A stretch of 64,000 nt of DNA from Pseudomonadota bacterium (GCA_049324475.1 JBMOOO010000014.1:6986-70985), one strand, 5' to 3'; shown: positions 34,036 to 43,745, counted from the stretch's first letter. The notes: generated from the letters alone by a model not told the origin. Numbers and translations: made by a program.

Positions 34036-35178
34036 ATGCCATCGCCTCTGGACCGCGCCACCGAACTGCTGGGTACCGGCCGCCGCTTCCTGCGCAATGC
34101 CGTGCAGCGGCGTGCCAACCCGCACAAGTTCATCGAGAACAACCTCACGCCGCACGGCGAGATCCTGCGTGACGGCCTGCTCACGGTCCGGCACTACCCG
34201 CGGCTGGCCAATCCTTCGATTGCAGTGGAGGGCACCACGGTCCCGGTCAGTGGCCGGCAGCACCGGCTGCCGCTGGTGCTGGTACCACCCCTGGGCGTGC
34301 ACGCCTGGGTGTTCGACCTGCTGCGCGAACGCAGCATGGTCCGCTACTTCCTGGCACGCGGTTTCGACGTCTACCTGATCGACTGGGGTGCGCCCGGTGC
34401 CAACGATCACGACCTCGCGCTCGACACGTACGTGAATCGCTGGTTCCCGCAGGCGCTGGCCGCCATCCGCCGGCACAGCGGCCGGGACGATCTGTCCCTG
34501 CTCGGCTACTGCATGGGCGGCCTGCTGTCGCTGATGTACCTGGCCGCCAGCGGCGATCGCCACGTACGCAATCTCGCCACCATCGCCAGCCCCATCGACA
34601 TCCACGCCGGCGGTACCCGCGGCCGCGTACTGGAGGCGATCAGCAAACCGGCCATGGCGGTGCACGAGCGGCTGGGCATCCGGCTGGATTTCTTCGCCAA
34701 CCGCCATCGTTTCCACGTACCCGGCTGGATGCTGGCACTGGCGTTCCGCGCCACCAATCCGCCCGGCACGGTACGCGCCTACATCGACATGGTGCGCAAC
34801 CTGGCCGACACCGAATACATCACCGAGTACATGAGCATGGGCCAGTGGTTCACGGACATGCCCTACTACCCCGGCGGCGTGGTGCAGGACATGGCGGAAA
34901 AATTCGCGATCGCCAACCGCATGGCCGGCGGTCACATGGTGATCGGCGAAGCCGAACTCGACTTCGCCCGCATCGACTGCAACCTGATTGCCCTTGCCGG
35001 CGACAACGACCGCATCGTCGGCGTGGATGCCGCCAGGAAAATCCTCGACATCGTCGGCAGCCACGACAAGCAGTTCCTGGTCGGCCCCGGCGGCCATGCC
35101 GGCGTGTTTGCCGGCAGCCGTGCACCGGCGGAGGTCTGGCAACCGATCGCCGACTGGCTCAGCCCGCGCTCGGACTGA
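34036..35178 (+). CDS. alpha/beta hydrolase resembling class III PHA synthase PhaC (Cys nucleophile)
   Basis: In-frame ATG at 34036. FDVYLIDWGAP and the lipase-box variant LLGYCMGG (G-x-C-x-G-G) match PhaC. Candidate Asp (GDNDRIV) and His (GGHAGVF) residues are present. About 380 aa. Confidence 0.6.
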   Translation: MPSPLDRATELLGTGRRFLRNAVQRRANPHKFIENNLTPHGEILRDGLLTVRHYPRLANPSIAVEGTTVPVSGRQHRLPLVLVPPLGVHAWVFDLLRERSMVRYFLARGFDVYLIDWGAPGANDHDLALDTYVNRWFPQALAAIRRHSGRDDLSLLGYCMGGLLSLMYLAASGDRHVRNLATIASPIDIHAGGTRGRVLEAISKPAMAVHERLGIRLDFFANRHRFHVPGWMLALAFRATNPPGTVRAYIDMVRNLADTEYITEYMSMGQWFTDMPYYPGGVVQDMAEKFAIANRMAGGHMVIGEAELDFARIDCNLIALAGDNDRIVGVDAARKILDIVGSHDKQFLVGPGGHAGVFAGSRAPAEVWQPIADWLSPRSD

Positions 35179-37531
35179 GCCCGTCGCCGAACAGGCGCAT
35201 CAGCAGGTCATCCAGGTCGCCGGCGCGTACCGGCTTCGGCAGGTGCGCATCCATGCCGGCGGCCAGGCATTCGGCGCGATGTTCCGGCAGGGCGTCCGCC
35301 GTCACCGCCACGATCGGCACCCGGCCGCGACGCCGGCGCGCTTCTTCCTCGCGCACGCGCCGGGTCGCCTCCATGCCGTCCAGGCCCGGCAGGTTGCGGT
35401 CCATGAACAGCACGTCGTAGTCGCGCGCGCAGGCATAACGCATGGCTTCCTCGCCGGTGGCGACCATGTCCACTTCCAGGCCACGCCGCTCCAGCAGCCC
35501 GCGCAACACCAGCTGGTTCACCGGATTGTCCTCGCACACCAGGGCACGCCGGCCACGCCAGTGGTTCTCCGGCACGCCGTCGCGCGCCTCGCCCGGCAAC
35601 TGCACCGGCTGCAGCGGCAAGGACACGGTGAAGGTGCTGCCTTCGCCGATCCGGCTTTCCAGCGTGATATCGCCACCCATCAGCCTCGCCAGATCGCGGG
35701 CAATCGTGAGCCCGAGACCGGTACCGCCCCGGCCGCGCGCACCGCGGCCTCCCACCTGGTGGAAACTGTCGAACACCGCCTGCTGTTGCCCCGCCGGAAT
35801 GCCGATGCCGGTATCACGCACACGCAACAGCAGGCGCCGGCCGTCCGAGGAGGACTGTGCCAGCAGCGTCACCGAACCGTGGTCGGTGAACTTGACGGCG
35901 TTGCTCACCAGATTGAGCAGCATCTGCCGCAGGCGGACCGGATCGATGCTGACGGCTGTCGGCAGACCGTCCTCGCAACGGCTGGACAGCTCCAGGCGGC
36001 GCTGGGTGGCGACACCGCGGAAAGTGTCGATCACGCTCGCCATCAACGGCCTCAGTGCCACCGGTTGCGGCCGCAGCTCCACACGACCCGCCTCGAGCTT
36101 GGCAGTGTCGAGCACATCGTCGATCACCGTCACCAGCGAGTCTGCCGACTCCTGGATCGTCCGCAGCATGTCCTGTTGCTGCCGGCTGAGCTCACTGTCG
36201 CGCAACAATTCCACCATGCCGACGATGCCGTTCATGGGCGTGCGGATCTCGTGACTCATGTGCGCCAGGAACTGCGACTTGGCCTCGGCCCTCGCCTGCG
36301 CCACCGAGGCATGCTTCAGGGCGCTGTCACGCTCGATGTTCACGGCACGGATGCGATAGGCCAGCGCGAATGACATCAGCACCACTTCCGCCACCTGCCC
36401 GAACTTGATCGCATTCAGGAACGCGGCCAGCGGCGGCAACAGACCGTGATTGGCCATGATGGTGACCGTGGCGCCGACCATGGTCGCGCCCCAGGCCACG
36501 TTGTAATAGAACGCCGGCCGGTGCCCCTGCAGCGCCACCAGCGCACCGGCCAGCACCACGGTGGGAATGGCCAGCATGATCAGCGTGTCGACCGCGATCA
36601 CCAGCTCGCGCCCGTAGAAGAAGCAGGTCAGCAGCGCAAACGCGGCATACAGGACGAGCAGGCCCTGCATCACCCGGTGCAGCCATGGCAGACGCTCGCG
36701 GGTTTCCAGGAACACCATGGCAAACCACAGGGTCGAGGACGCCGCCGCGTACACCGCGAACGGAAAGGCCCGGTGCTTGAGCCAGACGTTGTCGCCCAGC
36801 GGCAGGTAATGCCAGCCGTCCACCGTGAGCACACACAGGAAGATGCTCATGATGCTCACGCAGTAGGCGAGGTAGCTCTGGTCCCGGATGGTGAAGAACA
36901 GGAACAGGTTGTAGATGAACAGCGTGGCCACCACCGCGCCGTACAGCACCAGCAGCAGCAGCTCGCCCTGGCGCCAGCCGGCCAGCGACAACGGCGTGTC
37001 CACCCGCAGCGGCACCACCATCGAGGACTGCGACCAGGTGCGCAGGTAATAGGTGGCTTCGTCGCCGGGCGCGAGCGTGAGTGCGAACACCGGCTGCTGC
37101 ACATCAATCACGCGATGCACGGACGGCGCCATCCGGCCCTGCGGCAGGAAGACGTGCACGGCGCCGTTCTTCAGCTGGAACAGGCGCGCGTCGTCCAGCG
37201 TGGGCTCGGCCACCACCAGATACAGCGCCTGGGACGTGTCGGTGTCGTTGGCCAGGGTGAAACGCTGCCACCAGGCAGAACGGGAAATACCCGGTGCCAA
37301 CGGCTCGTCATGCAAACGACGGAAACGGCCGCCGGCATCCGCCTGGAGAACGTCCTTCAGCGTCATCGTGCCGGCCGGATCCTCCAGCACGGCAACAGCC
37401 GCCGGAGCGATTTCCGGTTGCATCATGAGCGACGACACGGAAAGCACGGCCACATCGGCACGCGCGGCGGCACCGGCCAGCAACAGACCGGCCAGCAACA
37501 TGCCCCACCCGCGCACCCGACTCGATGCCAT
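35159..37531 (-). CDS. 7TMR-DISM hybrid sensor histidine kinase (DISMED2 periplasmic domain, 7 TM, HisKA, HATPase_c, REC)
   Basis: Start at MASSRVRGWGMLLAGLLLAGAAARA (37531) within track ORF 35159-38044. A periplasmic domain is followed by seven hydrophobic helices. The H-box reads FLAHMSHEIRTPMNGI, with N/G boxes (NAVKFT, DTGIGI, GGTGLGL). The C-terminal receiver reads ALVCEDNP...LFMDRNLPGLDG...KP. Its last 20 nt overlap the convergent PhaC-like gene. Confidence 0.85.
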   Translation of the reverse strand: MASSRVRGWGMLLAGLLLAGAAARADVAVLSVSSLMMQPEIAPAAVAVLEDPAGTMTLKDVLQADAGGRFRRLHDEPLAPGISRSAWWQRFTLANDTDTSQALYLVVAEPTLDDARLFQLKNGAVHVFLPQGRMAPSVHRVIDVQQPVFALTLAPGDEATYYLRTWSQSSMVVPLRVDTPLSLAGWRQGELLLLVLYGAVVATLFIYNLFLFFTIRDQSYLAYCVSIMSIFLCVLTVDGWHYLPLGDNVWLKHRAFPFAVYAAASSTLWFAMVFLETRERLPWLHRVMQGLLVLYAAFALLTCFFYGRELVIAVDTLIMLAIPTVVLAGALVALQGHRPAFYYNVAWGATMVGATVTIMANHGLLPPLAAFLNAIKFGQVAEVVLMSFALAYRIRAVNIERDSALKHASVAQARAEAKSQFLAHMSHEIRTPMNGIVGMVELLRDSELSRQQQDMLRTIQESADSLVTVIDDVLDTAKLEAGRVELRPQPVALRPLMASVIDTFRGVATQRRLELSSRCEDGLPTAVSIDPVRLRQMLLNLVSNAVKFTDHGSVTLLAQSSSDGRRLLLRVRDTGIGIPAGQQQAVFDSFHQVGGRGARGRGGTGLGLTIARDLARLMGGDITLESRIGEGSTFTVSLPLQPVQLPGEARDGVPENHWRGRRALVCEDNPVNQLVLRGLLERRGLEVDMVATGEEAMRYACARDYDVLFMDRNLPGLDGMEATRRVREEEARRRRGRVPIVAVTADALPEHRAECLAAGMDAHLPKPVRAGDLDDLLMRLFGDGLSPSAG

Positions 37532-37702
37532 CACCGGCTCTCCCTGCACAGCGGCCGACAACCGGGCGGTGACATTCCCGCCCGGCCGGAGTCCGACTAT
37601 AGCGCGGCCCGGCCCGCCTTCGGGCCGCGGGCATGACGTGCTATGGTTCCGGCCCGCGCGCATGCCCATGACAACAACACCCGGAACCGTCGGAGACCTT
37701 CC

Positions 37703-38725
37703 ATGCGACCCCTGCGTCCGCTCGCTGCCACACTGAGTGCCCTCGCCCTCGTCCTTGCTGCCACCGCCGCCCAGGCCACGGACCTGACAAAACGGTCGGT
37801 CTGCGTGTTCGACATCGTCGGTACCCATGGCGACCTGTTCAACGCCATGAAGGATTTCCGGATCGAGGCCATGAAGTGGGGCGTCGATCTCGAACTGCGT
37901 CCGTACACCAACGAGAAGATCGCCGCCGAGGACTACAAGGCCGGCCAGTGCGATGCCGCGGTGATGACGGGTCTGCGTGCCCGCACTTTCCTGCCCTATG
38001 CCGGCACCATCGATTCGGTCGGCAGCGTGCCCGACGTCAACCACATGCGGCTGCTGATGCAGGCACTGGCCGACCCCAAGAGCGCACCGAAACTGCGCAA
38101 CGGCCCGTTCGAGGTGGCCGGCATTGCCCCGCTGGGTGCCGCCTACATCTTCACCCGTGACAAGGCCGTGAACAGCCTGACCAAGGCCTCCGGCAAACGC
38201 GTGGCCGTACTCGACTACGATCCGTCACAGGCACGCATGGTGGCGCAGGTCGGCGCCTCGCCGGTGCCCTCCGACATCACCAACTTCGCCGGCAAGTTCA
38301 ACAACGGCTCGGTCGACATCATCGGTGCACCGCTGGCCGCCTACAAACCGCTGGAACTCTGGAAAGGCCTGGAGCCGAACGGCGGCATCATCAACTACCC
38401 GTTCGTGATGCTGTCCATGCAGTTCCTGATCCGTCACGAGAAGTTCGCCGGGACGCCGGACTTCTCGCAGAAATCGCGCGAATATTTCTACGCAAACTTT
38501 GACCGCATCCTGTCTGCGCTGGACAAGGCCGCGCAGGAAGTCCCGCAGAAATACTTCGTCGAGATCCCCGCCACCGACAAGGTCAAGTACGAAGCGCTGA
38601 TGCGCGACGCCCGCGTCCAGCTGCGCAACGAGGGCTATTACAACGGCGACATGCTGACCCTGCTGCGCAAGGTGCGCTGCAAGGTCGACTCCGCGCGCGG
38701 CGAATGCACCGACAAACTCGAATAA
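37703..38725 (+). CDS. periplasmic solute-binding-like protein, paralog 1 (family not recognised)
   Basis: ATG at 37703 with GGAG upstream. Signal peptide MRPLRPLAATLSALALVLAATAAQA. It shares blocks with 44159-45184 and 45241-46302: CVFDI.G.HGD, AAEDYKAGQCDA, GKRVAVLDYDP, GASPVPSDITNFAGKFNNGSVDII and LLRKVRCKVDSARGECTDKLE. Confidence 0.8.
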   Translation: MRPLRPLAATLSALALVLAATAAQATDLTKRSVCVFDIVGTHGDLFNAMKDFRIEAMKWGVDLELRPYTNEKIAAEDYKAGQCDAAVMTGLRARTFLPYAGTIDSVGSVPDVNHMRLLMQALADPKSAPKLRNGPFEVAGIAPLGAAYIFTRDKAVNSLTKASGKRVAVLDYDPSQARMVAQVGASPVPSDITNFAGKFNNGSVDIIGAPLAAYKPLELWKGLEPNGGIINYPFVMLSMQFLIRHEKFAGTPDFSQKSREYFYANFDRILSALDKAAQEVPQKYFVEIPATDKVKYEALMRDARVQLRNEGYYNGDMLTLLRKVRCKVDSARGECTDKLE

Positions 38726-38729
38726 GGCC

Positions 38730-39935
38730 TTGAACGCAGGGCGCCACACAGCGCTGCAGGAACTGGCCGGAGTCCTGGCCGGTACTGCGGCGCTCTGGCG
38801 CCCGGCGCCGTTCCACGACGACCCGCCCTGGGTCGTCCGCTTTCCCGCCCTGCGCGACGCCCTGCTGGCGCTCGACGACGCCGGCATCGACGCCCTCGAA
38901 CACGATCCGCAGCAACTGGCCGACCGGATCGCGCAGCACATACCGGAATTTGCCGGCCTGATGCCTCCGGCACTGCGCTGCCTGGACAGTCGCGAAATCC
39001 CGCTGCCGCTGGATCTGCCGGAAAGCCTCGGCCGCGACGTGCCCGGCCGCAAATGGCAGCAGACGCTGCACTTTGCCGCCGCCTGCGGCAGGCCGCAGGG
39101 CACGGTACTGGACTGGTGCTGCGGCAAGGCACACCTGGGACGCGTGCTGGCACGGCACTACGGCAACGCGGTGAGCGGCATCGAACGCAACGGTGCGCTG
39201 TGTGCGGCCGGCCGCGCGCTTGCACAGCGCGAACACCTGCCGGTGCAGTTGCACCAGGCCGACGTGCTGCGGCATCCGCCCGTGGACGTGCTGCGCGACA
39301 GCATGCATGCCGTGGCATTGCACGCCTGCGGCTACCTGCATCTGGCGCTGCTGGAGCAGGCTGCCGCAGCCGGCGTGCCGGCACTCGATCTCGCGCCCTG
39401 CTGCTATCACCTCACCGCCGACGAAAACTGGCAGCCGCTCAGCCGCGCACTGGCCGGCACGGCCCTGACGCTCAGCCGCGCGGAGCTGCGACTGGCCGTG
39501 CACGAGACCGCCACCGCCAGCGCACGCGTGACAACGCAAAGCCGTCGCCTTGCCTCATGGCGGCTGGGTTTCGACCGGCTGCAACGTACCCTGCGCGGCA
39601 TCGACGAATACCTGCCCACGCCGTCACGGCCGGCCCGCGTGCTGCGCGACGGCTTTGCCGCGTTCTGCCGGGACCTGGCCGCCCACCACCGGATCGCCCT
39701 GCCCGCAGGCACGGACTTCACGCACTGGGAGAACACCGGCAGGCAGCGGCTGGCACGGGTACGGCGCCTGGAGCTGGTACGGCATGCCGTGCGCCGGCCG
39801 CTGGAAATCCTGCTGGTGACGGACCGGGCCCTGTGGCTGGAGGATCACGGCTACGAGGTCTCGCTCCGGCTGTTCTGCCCACCCGGGCTGACGCCGCGCA
39901 ACCTGCTGGTCCGGGCCCGCCGGTCCGCCGCCTGA
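38730..39935 (+). CDS. class I SAM-dependent methyltransferase-like protein
   Basis: TTG start 4 nt after the preceding stop. GRKWQQTLHFAA...VLDWCCGKAHLGRVLA...SGIERN resembles the motif-I region of a methyltransferase family that I recall carrying W-C-x-G-K-G-H-L-G. The antisense ORFs 38583-39539 and 38638-39384 are Arg/Ala shadows. Confidence 0.6.
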   Translation: MNAGRHTALQELAGVLAGTAALWRPAPFHDDPPWVVRFPALRDALLALDDAGIDALEHDPQQLADRIAQHIPEFAGLMPPALRCLDSREIPLPLDLPESLGRDVPGRKWQQTLHFAAACGRPQGTVLDWCCGKAHLGRVLARHYGNAVSGIERNGALCAAGRALAQREHLPVQLHQADVLRHPPVDVLRDSMHAVALHACGYLHLALLEQAAAAGVPALDLAPCCYHLTADENWQPLSRALAGTALTLSRAELRLAVHETATASARVTTQSRRLASWRLGFDRLQRTLRGIDEYLPTPSRPARVLRDGFAAFCRDLAAHHRIALPAGTDFTHWENTGRQRLARVRRLELVRHAVRRPLEILLVTDRALWLEDHGYEVSLRLFCPPGLTPRNLLVRARRSAA

Positions 39936-40004
39936 TGCACCGGCTCGCGGCTCCGTGTAAATTTGGAACGTTAGTGCCACATTAAAAGAACAACAGGAGT
40001 CCCG

Positions 40005-41429
40005 ATGGCATCCGAGCACCCCGCCCGACCGGAACACGACCCGGCCCGACGCCGCCTGCTGGCCACGTCCATGGCCGGGCTGGCCCTGACCGCTGCCGGC
40101 AGCACCCTGCTGCCGGGCACGGTGCGCGCCGACGGCGCCACGACAGCGGCCGGTGCTGCCGGCGCCCGCTGGCAGAACTGGTCGGGAGGCCAGTCGGTGC
40201 AGCCGTCCGCCATCTTCTATCCGCAGAACGAGGCGGATCTGGCGCGTATTGTGAAAACGGCGGTGCCGCCGATCCGGCCTTTCGGCGGCAGCCACTCCTT
40301 TGCACCGCTGGTGCCGACACCGGGCACGCTGGTGTCGCTGGAGCAGATGACCGCACTCACCGCCCACGATCCCCGGGCACTCACCGCCACCTTCACCGGC
40401 GGCACCCGCATCGCCGTGGCCGGTGAAATGCTGGCCGCCATCGGTCAGAACTTCTTCAACGAGCCGGACATCAATCTGCAGTCGCTGGCCGGCGCCGTCA
40501 GCACCGCCACCCACGGCACCGGGCTCGGCCTGCAGTGTCTTTCTGCCTACGTGACACAGATGAAGCTGGTGCTGGCCGACGGCAGCGTGGTCACCTGCTC
40601 GATGGACAGGGACCGCGAGCTGTTCGAGGCCGCCCGCGTTTCCATGGGCACCATCGGCATCATCGCGGAGCTGACCTTCCGCAACATGGCCGCCTACAAG
40701 CTGCGCGAGGAAACACAGGTGATGGACATCGCCGAGGCGATGCAGCACATCGAGCAGCGCAGGAACACGGACCGTCATATCGAGTTCTTTGCCTTCCCGT
40801 ACGGCGGCAAGGCCGTGGTCAAGCGCATGAACATCACCACCGAGGCCGACACGCCGCCGGTAGAGGAAACCATCGACCAGAACCAGGCGCTGGAAATGGC
40901 CGCCGACATCGTGAAGGCCGCGCCGTTCACCAAGGGCGTGATCCAGAAGATCGTCGGCGCCTTCATCAGTGACGAGGTGCGGGTGGCACCGGCGCATCGC
41001 ATGTTCCCCAGTCCGCGCACCGTGCAGTTCAACGAGATGGAGTACACGGTACCGGCGGACCAGGGCATTGCCTGCCTGCAGGAAGTGATCGACACCATGC
41101 GCGCGCGCGACCTGCCGGTATTCTTCCCGATCGAGTACCGGTACGTGGCGGCGGATGATATCTGGATGAGTCCGTTCGGCGGACGCGCCGGTGCGTCCAT
41201 TTCCATCCACCAGTACGCACGCCAGGATTACCGGGAAGTGTTCGACGCGGTCGAACCGATCCTGAAAAAATACGAAGGCCGGCCGCACTGGGGCAAGCTG
41301 AACACGCTGACGGCAAAAGACCTGCACGCGCGCTATCCGCGCTTCGGCGATTTCCTCGCCGTGCGGAAACGGGTCGATCCGCAGGGTCGTTTCCTCAACA
41401 CCTACATGAAGACGCTGTTCGGCGCCTGA
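40005..41429 (+). CDS. FAD-linked oxidase of the D-arabinono-1,4-lactone / L-gulonolactone oxidase (ALO) family with Tat signal
   Basis: The N-terminus has a twin-arginine motif and an h-region (RRRLLATSMAGLALTAAGS...VRADG). It has a PCMH-type FAD domain (GGSHSF, ISTATHGTG-like STATHGTG) and an ALO C-terminal signature (GRPHWGKLN). Confidence 0.8.
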   Translation: MASEHPARPEHDPARRRLLATSMAGLALTAAGSTLLPGTVRADGATTAAGAAGARWQNWSGGQSVQPSAIFYPQNEADLARIVKTAVPPIRPFGGSHSFAPLVPTPGTLVSLEQMTALTAHDPRALTATFTGGTRIAVAGEMLAAIGQNFFNEPDINLQSLAGAVSTATHGTGLGLQCLSAYVTQMKLVLADGSVVTCSMDRDRELFEAARVSMGTIGIIAELTFRNMAAYKLREETQVMDIAEAMQHIEQRRNTDRHIEFFAFPYGGKAVVKRMNITTEADTPPVEETIDQNQALEMAADIVKAAPFTKGVIQKIVGAFISDEVRVAPAHRMFPSPRTVQFNEMEYTVPADQGIACLQEVIDTMRARDLPVFFPIEYRYVAADDIWMSPFGGRAGASISIHQYARQDYREVFDAVEPILKKYEGRPHWGKLNTLTAKDLHARYPRFGDFLAVRKRVDPQGRFLNTYMKTLFGA

Positions 41430-41436
41430 GCCTGCC

Positions 41437-42750
41437 ATGAAGAGACGGAAAGTGCTGATCGGTGCCGCCGCCGCGGCCGGCGTGGCCGCCACCGGCTGGC
41501 TGCTGCGGCCGGAAGACCGTGGCGCACCCCACGACGCCTGGTTCCGCAGCCTGAACGACCTGCTGCGGGCACAGGGCCCCGGCCGGCCGGTGCTGGTCGT
41601 AGACCTGGACCGGCTGGAGCGCAATTGCGCCCGGCTGCAGGAGACCGCCGCCGGTCACGGCAAGAAACTGCGTATCGTCGCCAAGTCGCTGCCGTCCCTG
41701 CCCATGCTGCAGCATGTGCTGGCGCGCACCGGCAGCAACCGCCTGATGAGTTTTCACCAGCCGTTCCTGAGCGCACTGGCTGCACAGGCGCCGGCATCCG
41801 ACCTGCTGCTGGGCAAACCCATGCCGGTACGCGCGGCGGAAACCTTCTACCGCCGGCTGGGCAACCAGGGCGGATTCGATCCCTCGCGGCAACTGCAGTG
41901 GCTGGTCGACAGCCACGAGCGGCTGCAGCAGTACGCGCAGCTGGCACGCAGCCTGGGCACGAAAATGCAGGTGAACGTCGAGATCGATGTCGGCCTGCAC
42001 CGCGGCGGCCTCGCCGTGCCGGAACAGCTCGACCCGCTGCTGGCGACCATGGCTGCCGATCCCGATCACCTGGTGTTTTCCGGTTTCATGGGCTATGACG
42101 CCCACGTCGGCAAGGTGCCGTCGATCCTCGAAAGCCGCGACACCTCGCTGGCCAGGGCCAATGCGGTGTATCGCGGTTTCATGGCGCGCGCGCAGGCACT
42201 GCGACCGGCGCTGGATACCGCGACGCTGACCCTCAACGGGGCTGGCAGCCCGACCTTCCGCCTGCACGATGCGCAGTCGCCGCTGAACGAGATCTCGGTG
42301 GGCTCGGCGCTGGTGAAACCGTCCGATTTCGACCTGGAGCCGCTGGCGGATTTCGAACCGGCGGCGTTCATCGCCACACCCGTGCTCAAGGCCATGGATG
42401 GATTGCGCCTGCCCGGCAGCGACCTGATCGGCAATACCTGGGCCATGTGGGACCGCAATCGCCGCCGCACCTTTTTCATCTACGGCGGCAAGTGGATGGC
42501 GCATTTCGTATCGCCACCCGGGCTGGCCGACAACACGCTGTACGGCAGCAGTTCCAACCAGGCCATTGCCAACGCGTCGCCCGCCGTGGAACTCGCTGTC
42601 GACGACTACGTTTTCCTGCGTCCGACCCAGAGCGAAGCCGTGCTGCTGCAGTTCGGCGATCTCGTGGCCGTGCGTGGCACCGGTACACCGGAAGGTGCAC
42701 GCATCGAGGCCTGGTGGCCGGTGCTGGCGCCGGCCCACGAAACCGCGTGA
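41437..42750 (+). CDS. alanine-racemase-fold (fold-type III) PLP enzyme, DSD1/D-threonine-aldolase-like, with Tat-like N-terminus
   Basis: Starts 7 nt after the oxidase. The N-terminus is MKRRKVLIGAAAAAGVAATGWLL. VLVVDLDRLERNCARL...KLRIVAKS carries the candidate PLP lysine. Later motifs are EIDVGLHRGG and GFMGYDAH. Confidence 0.65.
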   Translation: MKRRKVLIGAAAAAGVAATGWLLRPEDRGAPHDAWFRSLNDLLRAQGPGRPVLVVDLDRLERNCARLQETAAGHGKKLRIVAKSLPSLPMLQHVLARTGSNRLMSFHQPFLSALAAQAPASDLLLGKPMPVRAAETFYRRLGNQGGFDPSRQLQWLVDSHERLQQYAQLARSLGTKMQVNVEIDVGLHRGGLAVPEQLDPLLATMAADPDHLVFSGFMGYDAHVGKVPSILESRDTSLARANAVYRGFMARAQALRPALDTATLTLNGAGSPTFRLHDAQSPLNEISVGSALVKPSDFDLEPLADFEPAAFIATPVLKAMDGLRLPGSDLIGNTWAMWDRNRRRTFFIYGGKWMAHFVSPPGLADNTLYGSSSNQAIANASPAVELAVDDYVFLRPTQSEAVLLQFGDLVAVRGTGTPEGARIEAWWPVLAPAHETA

Positions 42751-43745
42751 GTCACTGGCCGCTGTTCGAGCGCTTTCCGGCGCTGCAGGCCACGCTGGCC
42801 CCGCTGCCGTTGTGCGGGCTGCCAACGCCGGTGCAGGCCATGCCGGCCATTGCCGGCCATGCCTGGATCAAGCGCGACGATCTCACCCACCCGGAATACG
42901 GCGGCAACAAACTGCGCAAGCTGGAGTTCATTGCCGGCGAAATGCGTGCACGCGGAGCACGCCGCGTGTACACCTTCGGCGCCACCGGTACCAATGCCGG
43001 CGTGGCCGCCGCCATGGTCTGCAGACAGCTCGGCATTGCCTGCACCGTGCTGACCTTCGACCAGCCGGCATCGGCCACGGTGGCGAAAAACCGGCAACTG
43101 ATGGATCACTACGGCGCGCACCGCGTGCATACCGGTTCCCTGTTCGCCACGGCACTGGCCTGGTACGTGCACCCGCGGCGACTCGACCCGCACAGTTACT
43201 TCCTGTTCGCCGGCTGCTCCAACCCGGTCGCCACCTTCGGCCACGTCAACGCCGCCTTTGAACTGAAAACACAGATCGCACGCGGCGAATGCCCGGAACC
43301 GGAAGAGATCGTGGTCGCGGCCGGCAGCGCCGCCACGCTCGCCGGCCTCACCCTGGGCTGCCGGCTGGCCGGCCTGCGCAGCCGCGTGACCGGCATCCGG
43401 GTGGCACCGGCACGGGTCGGCCCTTTCGCGGCCTGCACACCGGGCGTGGTGACCGCCATGATGCGGCGCGCAGCGCAGACCCTCGCCCGGGCCTGCCCGG
43501 AGGAAACGCTGCCGCCATGGCCGGATGTGGAACTGCGCGACGACTGGTACGGGCCCGGTTACGGCGTCACCACGCCGGCCGCCGACCTGGCCATCGCCCG
43601 GGCCGCCGCCGCCGGCATTCCCCTGGAGCAGACCTACAGCGGCAAGGCGTTTGCCGCGTTCCTCGATCACCTCGACCGCACCCGCGGGCCGGTACTGTTC
43701 TGGAATACGTACAGCTCCCGGCCGTCGCCCGCGCTGCAGGACTGA
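42747..43745 (+). CDS. ACC deaminase / D-cysteine desulfhydrase-family (fold-type II) PLP enzyme
   Basis: The GTG start overlaps the upstream stop (GTGA). The hallmark motif is KRDDLTHPEYGGNKLRKLEF. No signal peptide. Confidence 0.75.
   Translation: MSHWPLFERFPALQATLAPLPLCGLPTPVQAMPAIAGHAWIKRDDLTHPEYGGNKLRKLEFIAGEMRARGARRVYTFGATGTNAGVAAAMVCRQLGIACTVLTFDQPASATVAKNRQLMDHYGAHRVHTGSLFATALAWYVHPRRLDPHSYFLFAGCSNPVATFGHVNAAFELKTQIARGECPEPEEIVVAAGSAATLAGLTLGCRLAGLRSRVTGIRVAPARVGPFAACTPGVVTAMMRRAAQTLARACPEETLPPWPDVELRDDWYGPGYGVTTPAADLAIARAAAAGIPLEQTYSGKAFAAFLDHLDRTRGPVLFWNTYSSRPSPALQD

Noticed and set aside
35159-38044. The 170-codon N-terminal extension of the kinase ORF in the track.
   Set aside because: The extension is Gly/Arg-rich and antisense to the start of paralog 1. 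The internal ATG at 37531 yields a proper signal/TM N-terminus (MASSRVRGWGMLLAGLLLAGAAARA).
39963-39979. Sigma-54-like element TTGGAACGTTAGTGCCA upstream of the ALO oxidase gene.
   Set aside because: The GG and GC dinucleotides are one nucleotide closer together than the invariant -24/-12 spacing (TGGCAC-N5-TTGC), and no enhancer-binding protein is nearby. I treat it as a chance resemblance in an AT-enriched leader.
39624-43670. Minus-strand ORFs 39624-41624, 41395-42825 and 42606-43670.
   Set aside because: They lie opposite the ALO oxidase and the two PLP enzyme genes, which carry hallmark motifs (HWGK, GGNKLRKLEF). The minus-strand products are Arg/Gly-rich shadows.
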